Shown one piece after another: positions 62,191 to 64,000 of a DNA stretch of 64,000 nucleotides. The notes below the pieces were generated by a model that searched no databases, was not told the origin of the DNA, and worked only from the letters and a program-made list of their open reading frames with translations. A program made the translations under genes and the position numbers. Numbering within the stretch: the first letter of the stretch is position 1; every line of letters begins with the position of its first letter. This DNA comes from Hypanus sabinus (taxonomy: Eukaryota): the NCBI RefSeq assembly GCF_030144855.1, contig NC_082714.1:93682001-93746000 (forward strand), given 5' to 3'.

Positions 62191-64000
62191 CAGAGGAGCA
62201 GAGTCAGGCCATTCTGTCCATCAGTTCAGCTCCACCATTCCGTCATTGTCGATTTATAATCACGCTCACCCCGTTCTCCTGTAACCTGTGAAGCCCTCAC
62301 TAAACAAAAACCTATCAATCTCTGCTCTAAATGTACTCAAAGACTTAGCTTACGCAGATTCACCAGCCTCTGGCTAAAGTAATTGCTCATCATCTCTGTT
62401 CAAAATTGGACATTCATCTATTCTGCGTCTGTGCCTCTATTCCTGGAATCCCTCGTTATAGGAAACGTACTCTTTATCAACACTTTACTTCGGCCTTTCA
62501 ATATTAGATAGCTTTCAACGAGAATTCACCCCCTTCTCACTCTTATTATTCTAAGCTGCAGCGAGTGCAGGCCCATAGCTATCAAACACTCCTCATAGTT
62601 TAATCTTTCGAACCCGGGCACATTCTCGTAAACGTCCTCTGCTCGTTCTCCAATGCCAGCACATCTTTTCTTAGTTAAGGAAAAATATTCAGTAATGCAA
62701 AGTAATTCCACAGCTTCTTTTCGGCACCAGAGTCATCTGAAAGCAGGATTCCCTGCTGATTCCATTCCTCCTTTCATGTCCACTGTGGGCGACTGACGAA
62801 CAAGAGAGACGTCCATTTAGGACAGAAGGAGGAGTAATTTCTTCAGCCAGAGTGTGGTAAATATGCGGAATTAATTGCCACAGACTCCTTCAGAGGCCAA
62901 GCAATTCCATATATTTAAAGCGGAGGTTGATTCTTGATTCGGGTGGGAGTCACAGAAAACAGGAAAATGTGGTTGAAAAAAGATGGAAAGGCGGAGCGGT
63001 CTCTTTCCTATGTCTTATGGGCAAATAGCGCTCTAAGTGCAGCAACCTCATTAAGCATAGCGAGATTTCACAGAGGCACCTCCGAGGTGCTGATTGGTGG
63101 ACAAGTGTAGAGAAGTCGTGCGAGAGGATATTCTGACCCGCCGTTATTACTGGCTAAGGCCCCCCAGCCCGCTTAATGAACAGGCAGTTGAATTGGGGTT
63201 TCAGGTGCCATCTTCCCGGCAGTGGTGTAACCCAACAGCTGCCCTTGGTGCTGGCTTAGTGACAGCGGAGTGCCTAGAAGGGCCTTCGGAACACCGTCTG
63301 ACAGCACGGCTATCCCTCATCACACCCCTTTCTTCAAGTCAGTCGCCCCTCTAGCAGTGTGTGGCGCTGTGCTTATTTATCTTCACTCGGAGAGGACGGT
63401 GCCCCCGTCCCCCTCTCTCAGCAGCAAATGAAACAATTTCTCAACAATAGTGCAGAGATGGCTCGGTACTCATTTGGCCCCCTGAGGGTCATACACTGCC
63501 ACATTTACTGACGGGCTTCCTCTCCCAAAACGACCCCTAACCTCTCCAGTGGCAAAATAACCTTACACTACGGATATCCCATTCCGAGCATTGCGGTGCC
63601 TGCTCCAAACTTCAACACGTCTCTCAACATCTATTTCTGCAGCTTGGAATGTACCAGTTCTTTTTCCCTGACTTGTTGGGAATGTGTTAAGTTCATGGGG
63701 TCAAGCGAACATCAGCGGTATCCCATGTGTACTGAGGCGACAGTCTAGATGAAACATGGTTAGCAGATTTACTCCCGATTCATCTCGCTGTCTCCCCCGC
63801 CCCTCCCTTTCTTTCACTCGTCGCCTTCTGAAAGAAGGTTGATTGCAGGAAATGAAAAGGCGCGGCTCCTTGTTTTTCTCGGAGCTGACGGTGAAGGAGG
63901 CAGTTGCTTGATGGGGCAATGTCTCTCCTCCATCCCAGCCGGCGCACTCTGTAAGGTTGACTGCCGCGGCTTCAGGTGACAAAAAGCTCCTCCATAAAAT

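Overview
Eukaryotic vertebrate DNA, most likely a cartilaginous fish (inferred from the dense CR1/Rex1/Penelope/V-SINE-like repeats and the Ig-type exons). Most of the window is decayed retroelements, and most ORFs in the supplied track are fragments or antisense shadows of them. The unique sequence holds a cluster of immunoglobulin-superfamily receptor genes with a leader, a germline-joined VJ exon, a C1-set exon, a TM exon and short cytoplasmic exons. Gene A is on the + strand (575-13567). Gene B is on the - strand (36963-32572) and ends in a canonical ITIM (ILYASL). Between them is a decayed third copy, C, on the + strand (~20714-28719); its TM exon, 101-bp intron and 59-nt tail exon mirror gene A. 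I found no recombination signal sequences, so these look like non-rearranging, antigen-receptor-like V-C1 receptors. As assembled, A and B each carry a frameshift that one added base would repair, so intact versus pseudogene status needs read or transcript data. Also present: an L1-type LINE spanning a 154-N gap, a near full-length CR1, Rex1-like LINEs, a Penelope-like hairpin, and two very old ERV-like remnants. All exon models and repeat boundaries were derived by eye; no database search was run.
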